Source of the DNA: Vitrella brassicaformis CCMP3155
Taxonomy: Eukaryota; Protista; Chromerida
Assembly: GCA_001179505.1 (NCBI GenBank)
Contig: CDMY01000359.1
Coordinates: 1 to 64,000, forward strand
Length of the DNA: 64,000 bases
Direction of reading: 5' to 3'
Below, piece after piece: positions 1 to 11,389 of this stretch. Below the pieces are notes generated by a model, which did no database searches, was not told where the DNA came from, and was given only the letters and a program-made list of their open reading frames with translations. A program made the translations under genes and the position numbers. The first letter of the stretch is position 1. Each line of letters begins with the position of its first letter.

Positions 1-3000
1 TCCCAGTTCGTCTGCTTCTTGTCCAAGTACGGACGAATGCCATCCTTCAGAGAGCGATTGAAACGCTCAATCATCCCATTGCCTTGTGGATGCAGCGGTG
101 AAGCCCGAGTATGTTTGATCCGCAGCCTAGTCGTCACCTCATGCATCAATTGGTTGACGAAGTGGCCCCCATTGTCGGTGATGATCTCTTCCGGAACTCC
201 GTGTCTCGCGATGACCCTGATGATTGCCTTAACCGTGTCTTCACCGGTCGGTGCACTGCGGAAAAGCTCAACCTCTGGCCATTTCGTGAAGTCATCCTGA
301 ATGGTGAGCGCCCACTGATTGCCATCTTCTGAAGGTTGAAACGGACCGATGAAGTCCATTGCGACCCTCTGGAATGGTCTCTCAGCTGGCGGTATCTGTA
401 TGCTCGCTCTCTTGTTTGTCCTCAGGTTTCGTTTGCTCTCGCAAGCCGGACAAGCGTCGATATGCTTGCGGAGGTCGCCATACATCCCTGGCCAGTAGGT
501 CTCGCGCCATGCGCTTGTAAGCCCTCTCAATTGCCAGATGGCCAGCCAAAAGGTGTTGATGGTGCAGCTTCATGGCCTCTAATCGCAGTGACGTGGGGAC
601 CAGCAATACTGGTCCATGCTCTTGGTGCTTCGACACGACTCTCACCAGCCCATCAAGTAGGCAAGCATCGTCAAGCTTCGACCAATATGATTTCGGAATG
701 GCGTCACGCAGCTGATCGAGCTCTCCTTTGCTTGTGTTGTTGTCTTTGGCCTCCAGGTACGCCTTCACGCGTGAGACGTCAGCACACTGGTCCTGGGCCT
801 CCATGGTCTGGTCAAGATGGAACAGGGGGCAATCGTCTATGGCCTCAAGGTCAATTGCCCCGAGTTGATACTCATGCACATCGACCGAAGCAGGGATGTC
901 TCCCATGTTTTCTTGTCCAGGAGGTCTCGAGAGTGCGTCAACGTCTGTGTGCTCCTTCCCAGGTCGATGACGGAAGATAAAATCGTAGTCCTGCAACATC
1001 AGCGACCATCGTTGTAGCTTCCGGTTGCCCTCCTCTGCGAATCCAGCTCAAATCGATGTCCAAACAGGTACGGGCGGAAATGACGAACGGCATAGTAGAT
1101 GGCGTGCGCCTCCCTTTCTGTTGCTGACCACTTCCGCTCAGAGACACCGAGAATCGCACTTGCATAGTGGATCGGTCTCTCTTTGCCGTTGCAGTCTCGC
1201 TGACAGAGAATCCGCCAACCGCATAGCCGCTCGCGTCCGTCTTGAGAATGAATGGCTTGTTGAAATCAGGCAAGGCCAACACAGGTGCCTGGATCATCCT
1301 GTCCTTCAGTGTTTGGAATGCCTTTCTCTCCTTTTCTCCCCACACGAATGGATTGCTCTTCTTTGTCAGGTCAGTGAGCGGCCTCGCCAAGTCGGCATAG
1401 CCATCTACAAATCGTTTGTAGAACTGGAAAACACCTAGGATGCTCCTCACTTCCTTCTTGTCTGTCGGCTCAGCCATGTGGACCATCTTTTCAATCTTCT
1501 TCGGATCAGCTTGCAGCCGTGCTCAGAGACGAGGAAGCCGAGAATTGATATGATTCTGGCGAAGAACGTGCATTTGCTCGGCTTCACTTTGACATTGGCT
1601 GCTTGAAACAAACGAAATGTCTCGAGGATGTGCTTGCAATGCTCCTCGAAGGTACGCGAGAAGATGACAATGTCGTCTACATACACGAATGTGCTCTTCC
1701 ACAGCACGGGTGCCAGCGTCTTGTCCATCACTCGCTGAAATGTCGCGACACTGTTACACAAGCCCATCGGCAAACGCGTCCACTGCTTCTNNNNNNNNNN
1801 NNNNNNNNNNNNNNNNNNNNNNNNNNNNNNNNNNNNNNNNNNNNNNNNNNNNNNNNNNNNNNNNNNNNNNNNNNNNNNNNNNNNNNNNNNNNNNNNNNNN
1901 NNNNNNNNNNNNNNNNNNNNNNNNNNNNNNNNNNNNNNNNNNNNNNNNNNNNNNNNNNNNNNNNNNNNNNNNNNNNNNNNNNNNNNNNNNNNNNNNNNNN
2001 NNNNNNNNNNNNNNNNNNNNNNNNNNNNNNNNNNNNNNNNNNNNNNNNNNNNNNNNNNNNNNNNNNNNNNNNNNNNNNNNNNNNNNNNNNGTCACTAGAG
2101 CAAGTCGGTAGCCATTTCCACACACAAACGCCAAGTGCCGTCCTTCTTCTTGACCATCACAATCGCAGCATTGTATTCGGAATCCGCAGGCTCGACAATG
2201 CCTTTGGCCTCCAGGTCACTCACTATCTTCACGGCTTGCTCATACTCCGTCTGCGCCAGCTTCCGTGGTTTCATGTACGGCGGATTGCCGCTAACAGAGA
2301 TTCGATGCACACCCAACGATGGATCGACATGACCGAGGTCAGTGCTGTCCTTTGAGAAAACCCCTGTTTGTTGTGTCTCTCGAATGATATCGATCGCCCG
2401 TCTCTTCTGTTGCTCGGTCAGGCCCTTGCCGACATGAATGCTGTGCTCGATGCCGTTCGCATTTGGGTAATTGCAGACGTCGTCTGTCTCTGGTGCAGTC
2501 CCCATCAAGTGATCAAGCCGCTCTCGATCAATCTCAGCAGGTATCGTATCAATCGCCATCGGCAGGTCGTCATCAGTCATTCTTAGTGCTGCTATTTGAC
2601 GTTTGGCTGTGTCAGATGTCTGAATTAGGGAACTTGCATCATCCAGGCTCGGCAATGTGACGAAATACCCCAGCAGGTAGTTCCTTGGCAGCACGGCCCT
2701 CTTCAGCGATTCATTGCGAAGCCTTACGTACACACGACGACCCTTCGTGACCTCCAGCATATGGTTGGCGACAGCAAGCCTGGCACCACCATGGTACGTG
2801 AGAGCAGGACAATCGATCAAACGAATGATGTCCCCTTCTTCGCCTTCAGTTCCACTCACTCGCGCTCGCACCCATGTCTCTTTGCCGGCTGGTATGGGCG
2901 TCCTTGCAGTGACGAGAACCTGGCACCTCGCCTTGTCGTGCCCGGCGCGTGGCTTCAAGCGAATTACGCCAATCGCAGTGATGCTGAACCCATCTGCCTC

Positions 3001-4313
3001 TCGTATTTGCGGCTCTTGCATGTCTATAGGTGGCCATTCTGGTCGGGATGTGATGCGCACTTTGCCCATTTGGAAGTCGACAATAATGCCTTCCTCACGA
3101 ATGGCTTTTCCCCCAAGTAAGATGACACTCCTCGGCCCATCAATAACGCAAAATCCACTAGAAGAGGACGCAAACACGTCGTGCTTGTGTCTGCTCCCTT
3201 GATCCCATCAGGCCACAGTGCGACCTTTGCGACGCTCTTCACTGTGGCCTCGGCATGATGCAGCATACTCAGCTTCACAGACGCCGGCGTCAGCGTTATG
3301 TCTCCAATCCCCTCGGCCCGCAGCTTATCAAGCATTGGCTTGCTGATCACGCTCACGTCAGCCCCAGTATCAACAAGCACCTCAGATGAGACCCCATTCA
3401 CTCTCATCGGGACGAATGTCTGCCAACGCACACCTCGCACAATCTCAGTGTGGCTTTCCTTCCATGCAGCTGTAGGAGCCTCATTGCCTCCGCTACATAC
3501 TGCGTTGTACACATCCTGACGTACAACATGACCACCCGTTTTCCACTCCGCCACTGGTGGGCCCAGCGACGTGACGGCATGCGAAGAAGAAGGCGTCCCA
3601 TCTCTTCGCCTACCGCCATGCACGACATCCGAGGAAAAAGGCGTCCCTCCTTCTCGTTTGCCGCCGTCGGGGTTTTCGGCGGAACTAGCCCCGTCCAGCT
3701 CCAGCCCTTCGCCAGTTATCATCAGTGGCTGCCCACCGCCACCGGTACCTCCGAGCCTACCCTCTGGCTGTGCCATCGCGAGACCCGCGTATCCCATAAC
3801 TGGCTGTCCTTGACTTCTATCCGCGCCCGCTGATGCATCAGGGTGTGCCATATTGGGGGGGTTGCACAATCGCTTGTCCGATGCACCCCAAGGACCTTCC
3901 GACCCGGCCACCAAGTTCTTGTCAAGAGGCTCTTTGGCTTTCCGACAATTGTCAAGATGCGCTGTGGCCCTCTGACAATCGTCAAGATGCTCTTTTACAC
4001 TCTGCAAATCGCCAAGATGCTCTACGGCCCTCTGGCGGTCCTTTGGCCCAGCCGCCGGGATATGGTGGTCCGGTTGTATCAGGTTGGTGGTACTTCTCGT
4101 ATCGACAATATCCACAGAATGGGGATCGCCCTGTTTCTCGAGTGCCTGTACATTCAGGGCTGCATCCGTGTGCGTCTCTCTCGTCAGCATGTGTCTCGTG
4201 CTCTCATCTCTCAAAAAGGAGTCTCGTAAAAATGAGTTCTTCATCAAAAGCAGGGCTTCACTTGCTGGTGTGTCCTCTCGCGCGCCCTGTAGCGGAGGAC
4301 CTATTCGTTTCCC
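1..4313 (-). pseudogene. pol: Retrotransposon pol (PR, dUTPase-like spacer, RT, RNase H, integrase), broken by several frameshifts
   Basis: Motifs are spread over ORFs 3024-4493, 2095-3177, 1447-1773, 938-1486, 382-999 and an open frame 1-380 (PFQRVAMDFIGPF...ITDNGGHF...GMIERFNRSLK). Frame changes near 3190, 1518, 1205, 1010-1040 (xTDH motif missing) and 490. RT is interrupted by gap 1791-2090. Confidence 0.9.
4272..4313 (-). promoter_or_regulatory. -1 programmed ribosomal frameshift signal (G GGA AAC + 6-nt spacer + stem-loop) at the gag/pol junction
   Basis: Minus strand reads CTG GGA AAC GAA TAG. The heptamer at 4307-4313 is in gag frame, two codons before the stop. A -1 shift gives GKRIGPPLQG, the pol ORF. 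GTCCTC...GAGGAC stem at 4272-4300. Confidence 0.78.
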
Positions 4314-5652
4314 AGCTGCGGTAGGTTGGAAACAGGGAGGGCCTTCACTTGAATGGAGTTTGTCCCTGTCAGTGCTGCTCTCTGCGTTTGTTCGAGGGAA
4401 GGCACCCAACCCTTCGGTCGCTTCCGGCAATCGATCCATCTGTGTCCACGTACGCCGCAGAAGAAACATCTGCCCAGGATCTTCTCTGTCCACTTGTCCA
4501 TTCTCCTGTGTGGCACTTGTGTCAAAGTTCCTGCTCTCTTAGAGTCGCCTGGTGTCTCGGGTTGGTTCTTCAGGCCAGCCACCTCTGCTTTGAGTGCATT
4601 GATGGACGCAGCAAGAGAGACCATGCCGTCACGGCCCTCCGTCTCTTTCTGCTTGTCGAGGCAATCTGCATCCCGTCCGTCAACCGCGTTGACCTCAAAT
4701 CGTGCGCTCTTTGACGGTCTCGTCATCTCGGCATCGCTGTCTTCTTCGTTGTGGCTGTTGCCGCGTTTGCGTGTTTGCAAGAGCCATACTTCCGCACTCA
4801 GTCCGAGTTCTCTGACGGTGCTGAACGTGCTGGGGTCGCTGTCTTTGTCGTATATCTTGTCCCTCAGGTCAGGCAGCAGGCCGTCAATGAACAGCTCCAC
4901 CGCCTCTGACTCCGACTTGCGCGTGCGCGTCTTTCTGACTCCGATTTGCGCGTGCGCGTCTTCTGATAAAGCTCGTTGAACTCGTTGTACGCTTCTTGGA
5001 ACGATTGAGTGGGCTTTTGCTTCCATGTCTTCATTTGCTCAGCTACGGCGATTGTCTGTGCCTGTTTCTGGCCAAACTCTCGAGCCAAGAAGCCCAAGAG
5101 CGTTTCCAGCTGCCGTGTGCTCATCCATCGAGTGACGCGAATGCGTGCAGTGCCCTGTAAGGCGCTCATGATGAATGGAAGTATCTGGCCTCCTTTGAGA
5201 TTGAACATGTTCTCAGCCAGCCTGACTTCATCAATGAATGCCTCCACAGTGTGTTCTGCGCCTCCATCGAACGACTGGATGGACACCGATGGTTTCTGTA
5301 GGTCGCTTCGCACACTCATGGCAGCCAACCTCGCTGAAATCTCCTCCACCCGGTCACTCATCGCTTCCTGCGGCGCAACCTGGCTCGGATGAGAGCTGCC
5401 TGTCTCGTGTGTCAGTGCATGTCCGGCATCCGGCAGGGCAATGATGCTCTCAGTGTCGTCGTTGTGGTTGTGCGCTGGCGAAAGATCGACGCCTCCTTCA
5501 TCTTGTGACTGTCTCCCCATGGTCTTCTTGTTGCGACGAGGCACCTGCACCACACCCTCAGGTGCGTTCCGCTTGCGCCTCTGTGTCGGTGCTCTCTTCG
5601 CCTGTGAGGGAGCTCCAGCCTCCGTACTCAGACCACTGCGTGTCCTCGCCAT
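4301..5652 (-). pseudogene. gag: Retrotransposon gag with CCHC zinc knuckle, frameshifted by a 29-bp tandem duplication
   Basis: ORFs 4864-5673 and 4301-5026 join into one frame (ELYQKTRTRKSESEAVELFIDGL) if one copy of the 29-bp repeat 4905-4933/4934-4962 is removed. Confidence 0.85.
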
Positions 5653-5728
5653 GTGGCGTTTCCAGCCGTACACCTCACTACCGTTCCCAGCCAGTCACCT
5701 CACACTGTACGGACCACCCCGAGTAAGC

Positions 5729-5746
5729 TTCACGGCAGATGCACCA
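5729..5746 (-). promoter_or_regulatory. Primer-binding site complementary to a tRNA 3' end, probably tRNA-Gly
   Basis: Minus strand TGGTGCATCTGCCGTGAA lies 4 nt after the LTR's terminal CA. Its complement TTCACGGCAGATGCACCA matches the human tRNA-Gly(GCC) 3' end as I recall it (TTCCCGGCCAATGCACCA) at 15/18. Confidence 0.7.
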
Positions 5747-5750
5747 AGAA

Positions 5751-6372
5751 TGTTTGAGTGCTCGCTGTTCCAGCTCCCGAGTGTCTATTCAGCGAGCGGG
5801 TCTTAGTGGAGAATGGATGTGTGAAGTGACGAGGCGGATTGGCTTGGTGGTGAAGATCTTCGCTGTGGTTGAGTGAGAGTGACCGACGATGAAGATATCN
5901 NNNNNNNNNNNNNNNNNNNNNNNNNNNNNNNNNNNNNNNNNNNNNNNNNNNNNNNNNNNNNNNNNNNNNNNNNNNNNNNNNNNNNNNNNNNNNNNNNNNN
6001 NNNNNNNNNNNNNNNNNNNNNNNNNNNNNNNNNNNNNNNNNNNNNNNNNNNNNNNNNNNNNNNNNNNNNNNNNNNNNNNNNNNNNNNNNNNNNNNNNNNN
6101 NNNNNNNNNNNNNNNNNNNNNNNNNNNNNNNNNNNNNNNNNNNNNNNNNNNNNNNNNNNNNNNNNNNNNNNNNNNNNNNNNNNNNNNNNNNNNNNNNNNG
6201 TACACCATGAGCACATACACATACACGAATCATACAGACCCAGAGGAGTGAAGGCAGACAGTGCACCCCCAGACAGTAACCCAAAAAGTGCTCGTGCGCT
6301 GATGGAGTGACGAATCACCGGCGATGAGGGATCTTCCCTCCCTTCATCAGCGCAGCGATATACACCACAACA
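5751..6372 (-). repeat. 5' LTR (interrupted by gap 5900-6199)
   Basis: On the minus strand it starts TGTTG at 6372 and ends AAACA at 5751 (TGTT...AACA termini), immediately upstream of the PBS. No second LTR is in the window to confirm the outer boundary. Confidence 0.6.
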
Positions 6373-6419
6373 TGCACGCAAGGCACCACTTTCCTCATGA
6401 CAGACTCATGATTGATGTG

Positions 6420-9400
6420 TCATTCCTTGCACCCTGCAACACAGCCGAGCACCACACCCAACACACCCACACACAAATCCCCGGGCGGCGCTGTGTTCAA
6501 CGACGAACCGGAGCAGTGGAAGAGCAGCAAGCTCCGGGCGGCGCGGCTGGCATGTTTCATGTTGCCCGCTGAAGATGATTGCGGCGAACTCAAGCCACGA
6601 CCACCTGAAGACAACAGGTGAGCAAGCCAGACACCCACGGACTCTGAAGGCACATGGAGAGAATGGATTAAGGGTTGAAGAATCGGCTCGATTGATACCT
6701 GACGCTATGGTTGATGAAGGATTCATCTCTACGAGTGCCCTACCCGCTGTTGGAAAACCTTTCACTTCATCAAATATTGAGGGGAGGAGATGATACGGAG
6801 CCTTATCATCCGGATACACTCGCTGCTGCTTCCTCTGGGCATTGCTTTCCGACTCGGCTGTCTTGGCGTCTTTGCTTGTTTTCTGTTTGACGATTGCAGC
6901 TTCTGGCCATGAAACGACGGTCGAGGGACCAGGCTGTGAGGTCTCCTACCTGAGAATCTCACACGAACGACGAAGACACCGTCGACCAACGCACAACTCT
7001 TCAATGTTGAAATGCACACTTGCACAAGGTCTGGCCAGAGTCACACGTCCACTTGTCTATCTTTTCCCTGCTGCCTATCTATAGACCAATCACTCAATGC
7101 CCTGCGACAGCTTAAACAGCTGTTCTATACTCGATCGGTACGCATCATCAATCGAAGAATTAGCAGACAGCCGTGCATGCGACCTGTTCATGGATCTGGT
7201 GTCCCCTTGTGTCTGGTTGAGGAAGACAGCAGTCGAGTTGAGCACATTGGCAGGGTGGGCACACTCGAGGGCGGCGAGAAGGGACAAACGAATGTCACAG
7301 AGCTCAACATGGCCATGACCTGACAGAAGGAGACACGGAGACTGGCGTTCTTGTGTGTCTGAGTCTCTTGTGCATGTCTGTGTCTGGTGTCTGCCTGTCG
7401 GGCTTTGGATTTCTATGAGGCTCCGCGAGACGGTCTCGGGGGAGAGCGGGCAGCCGTCGGGTTTCCCCACCTACACGCACATCCGAATTCATTGGTGTGG
7501 TGTTGGTATGCGTGTCTCTGTGTCTGTCGTGTGTCTCACTTTCGTTGGGAGCATGAAATGGGAAGCATATGCCCACTTCGACCTGTGCAGGAACTCCTTG
7601 TTGAACATGTGTTTGTGGTAGTACTCCACCGCATTGAGGGCATAGTCGTTGCTGAGAGACACAAATATGCATCTCTTCACCAGCGAGGATGCACGTGCCC
7701 ACTTGGTATCGAAGGGGAGGAACTCATACATCAGCCACAGCTCGACGATCTGATGGGTGTCATAGATGCGCAAAGCAGCAAGCGACACACACGCACAGGT
7801 GCACCCACGGTGATGGGTAGGATTGGTGGTTGTGGGTCGAAGGTGCCGTCATCGTTGGACAGGGGCGACAGGCTTGACGCACGGGCATGCTGAAGCGCTG
7901 ACACCAACAGATGAGCTTGTGCATGTCTCTATCTATTACTCACTCATTGTCACCTCTGTATAGGCCCTTGATGTTAAAGACTTCTGTGAACACGTCCTCA
8001 TGGATGCCCTCAGCCACCAGGTCTGCCGGCGTCATCGTCTTGCCGGTGCGGGTGCGGGATGCGCCAGACATCTTGCGGAAATCCCACTGTACAACAGCAA
8101 GAGACAAATGAAATGAACACTTGGGTCTCTCTCAAGTGTTGCCTCACGCAGAATTCGGCAGTTGTCGCGTTTTTGGTTTCTTTGTGGATGCATTTGTGCG
8201 GGGCCATCATGCACAAGACGTCTCCTTCGTCACCAGGTGGCTGACTCCAGAGCTCATGGGGACCGCCCGGCTCACCGAACTGACGAACAACATCATCCAT
8301 CGACAACGCAGACATGGATTGTTCTCTTTTGATGGCATTCGTTACCCACCTGTAGAGCGATCATAGCGTCAAAGTGTGCTGCTGCCGCATAGAGAGTAAA
8401 TGGGGTCGGCAGACACATCTCGCTCAGCGCCATCACCGTATCAGCGCTGGAGCCTGCAACAGCACACACACCTTGCCTCTCCGAATGCACTCATTGACGT
8501 GGCCTGTCTCTTACGTTCAATGCCCTTGGTCCATGCTAGGCCAAATGTGGCAAACATGCTCTTGATGGCGTGAAGGCGCGGCAGCTTCATGGGGTCCAGC
8601 GGTGGATCAGGAACGAAGGATGCCGTCAGGAGACTGATTAGGCAGAGAAGTTCCCATCAACATGTCCTATGTGTGTGCCGTCCGACCCTACATATATTGT
8701 GAGACAGGAATCCACTCGAGCAGATCCATGTGCTCATCGTGATTCAAGTTCACAACTGTGAGGAAGCGAGGCGGCCACAATGGCGAACAGTTATGTGTGC
8801 TGATGTCTGATTACCTGTCCACCACTGCATGACGTGCTCGTGGCATATCTGCACGTGCTCGCCTTTGCGTATCCCCGACGCCTCGATGAGCTTCGTCAAC
8901 GCACAGTGGAATTGGTGGAAATCGAGGACACCTGCGTTGGCACACTCGGCTGTGTACGTGCGTAAGTGCAGCTGGGGGACTGGACGCTGCGTCCGCTCAC
9001 CCGAGACCGTGAGCTCAAGAAATACATCGAGAATGAAGTGCTCCTGATAATACAGAAATGAACGCGAAAGATGTCATTTGCTTAGACACCCTTCGGGCCA
9101 TCGAAATTACGGTGTCTCGTTACGTCACGTACCCCAGGGCAAAGCCGCATGTCTTCGCTGTCGTCTCTGTTGGTGCAATCGTCAGCTGCCTTGGTATCGA
9201 TCCGCAGATTCTTGTTGATGTCGAGAACTGACACACACAGCAACACATGCACGGTGTGTATGAAAAGATGCAGGAAGGATGCACCAAGTTACGGAAGAAG
9301 ACGTATGTGGCTTCCATGATGGACGTGACGCCATCGGCAGAGAAGTCGAAGGCAGCGAGGGACCTCTTGTGCCGCAGCATGCACATGACCCACTCAGCGT

Positions 9401-10963
9401 ACCCACAACCTGACACACGGAACGTGACCAAAAGAAAGAGGTGGACATTGCACACATACGTGATGCATGGATACCTTCTGGCAGCCGATCGCTGTGCAGA
9501 CTGCCCCTCCTGTTTGTAAGGGTGACGTTGGCCGACTTCTGCAGCTTGGATACCATCAGCATGCGATCCGAGGGCGCCTCATCCTCACTCTCATAACCGC
9601 TCTGCGAGACATGCACCCACGCCTTTCATTCGGTATCCAAGAGACTCGGACTCGCGGACTTACCTCCTCGCTTTGTCGGTCCTCATCGGATTCCATGTCT
9701 GACTCAGGGGGCACCGGCTCGACCACCATCGGCCTGGGCGGCCCACGGAGGAGGGCGTTCTCCACTTCATGCTCGCTCCCACTCTCACTCTCACTCTTAC
9801 TCTCGCTGCCTTCGCTTTCGGTGTCGCTGAATTCACTCTCGGTGTCACTGCCTGTAAGCATCCACGCACACTCACTTGGAGACTCATTTTCGTTTCGACA
9901 TCTTCTTGCTTACCTTGTTCTGATTCTTCCTCGCTCTCCTCTTCCATGGGTGGCGCTCTGGTGATCGCCTTCGGCGGCGATGTGGGCAGCGGCCGCGGAG
10001 GCTCACGGGGCCTCTCCATTTCTGCAGAAAGAAAACATGGCCATCGGTGGATGCACTCAAGTCTCGTCTCCTGCAATTGGACCTTCGTCACATCCCTCGG
10101 AAGTGCCCGATACGACTGTCGTTGGCGGGTGAATGGGGTGAGGGCCCTGGATGCCCAGCGCCTCAAACAGATGATGCTGAAGCGAGACACAAACCACCAT
10201 TCTCATTCGATTATGAATGGATGATAGGTGGACGAATATATGTACCTTGAGTATTCCCAGCTCATCGACTCATGCGCAGTGCTCCAGTGGACGGCGGCTG
10301 CAGCCGCAACGCTGAAGGAACGAACACCCGTACCCATGCACATAGCAGCGGGTTTGTGCATACGCACCTCTGGCGTTGGGACGGCCCAAATGTCATCGGT
10401 GGCCTCCTCTGTCATCTGCAGATCGGGGCGCAGCATGTGCGCGAACTCACGCAACATGCCCTTCATCAACTTGTTCTGACACACACCATGCACAAACACC
10501 GTGGCGTGCCTGCCTGTCTCCGATAAGGCAACTCATGGATTGCCGTTACCTGGTCTCTTATCTCCTGTCGGAGTCTCATCATGGCCGCGTCCTTCATCCT
10601 GCCCGTCTCCTTCTCCCGCCTCAGCCCCTCAGTCAAGCCCTTCAAGTACTCAACAATGCCACGATTCTCACCCTGGGATAGCTCCGACGTCTCCTGCTGT
10701 TGCTTTCCTCTCTCGTGTGTCAGCTTGACGTGCATGTGGTGGTGCGCCTTGGCCTTGGTCGCGCCTGAGCCTCTGCGGAGGCTCATGAACGATTTCTTCA
10801 GCAGCTGTTTGAGCAGGAAGTCTGCCTCCTGGCTGTTTGCACTGTGGTTCGATGGCAACCCGGTGAGGAAAGGGATGAGCCAGGAAGACACCAGAATCAT
10901 ACAGATGAACTTCATTGCGACTAATGAGTAGCGAGGATGATGGGATTGCGCGCTCTTTTGCAC
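6420..10963 (-). CDS. Large multi-exon hypothetical protein with central Ser/Glu-rich tract
   Basis: A chain of minus-strand coding-like segments separated by GT-AG, CA/GT-rich introns, e.g. ENRGIVEYLKGLTEGLRRE, CQNKLMKGMLREFAHML, SDTESEFSDTESE, YAEWVMCMLRHKRSLAAFDF, IVELWLMYEFLPFDTKWAR. No family recognised; ends approximate. Confidence 0.55.
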
Positions 10964-11084
10964 TGCCTGACTGAAGGCACAGCCAAAAAGCGAGACGCTG
11001 TGTGAGACGCGGCAAGTAGAGGGCGTGCAATAAGAGAGAATTTGCCGAATTTCTCTCTGACGCCAAAGCGAGAGAGGGGAATCA

Positions 11085-11155
11085 CCCTGAAACCCGACTC
11101 TAGCGCGATATAGGTTCAGGGTTTAGGGTTTTTCGGTTGTGGCCGGTAACCCTAA
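11085..11155. promoter_or_regulatory. Cluster of telomere-like (telo-box) motifs in a divergent intergenic region
   Basis: CCCTGAAACCC (11085-11095), GGTTCAGGGTTTAGGGTTT (11113-11131) and TAACCCTAA (11147-11155) lie between two head-to-head genes. Regulatory role is inferred. Confidence 0.45.
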
Positions 11156-11389
11156 GGTGACTCTGACTCGAATCTTTCCCGGCTGATCTTGTCTTCTCTC
11201 TCACTGATACAATGACCCTACTGCACACCTAAACGGCAGCAGACAGCTTCACCTTTGCTGAAGCGACAAACGAGGCAACGCCGGCTAACGCCCTTGATGA
11301 CCGGCGCTGACTGAGCGTGTATACCTTATTTGTGTGGCCGAGGAGGCTGCCGAGAGGCGGCAGACAAGCAGACGAACAGACAGACAGAG

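Larger units (their letters stand above)
1..6372 (-). mobile_element. Ty3/Gypsy LTR retrotransposon, degenerate; 3' end runs off the window
   Basis: Minus-strand order LTR-PBS-Gag(CCHC knuckle CFFCGVRGHRWIDC)-protease(LVDTGAD)-RT(YVDDIVIFS)-RNaseH(LKTDASGYAVG)-integrase(HH zinc finger; MDF...TDNG...IERFN). RT-RH-INT order is diagnostic of Ty3/Gypsy. Confidence 0.93.

Noticed and set aside
5729-5746. tRNA-like 3' end (...GATGCACCA) as a tRNA gene
   Set aside because: Only 18 nt with no cloverleaf. Its position next to the LTR identifies it as a PBS.
11113-11131. Interstitial telomere as a relic of chromosome fusion
   Set aside because: Only 2-3 repeat units with no flanking subtelomeric signature. 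Kept only as a possible promoter motif.
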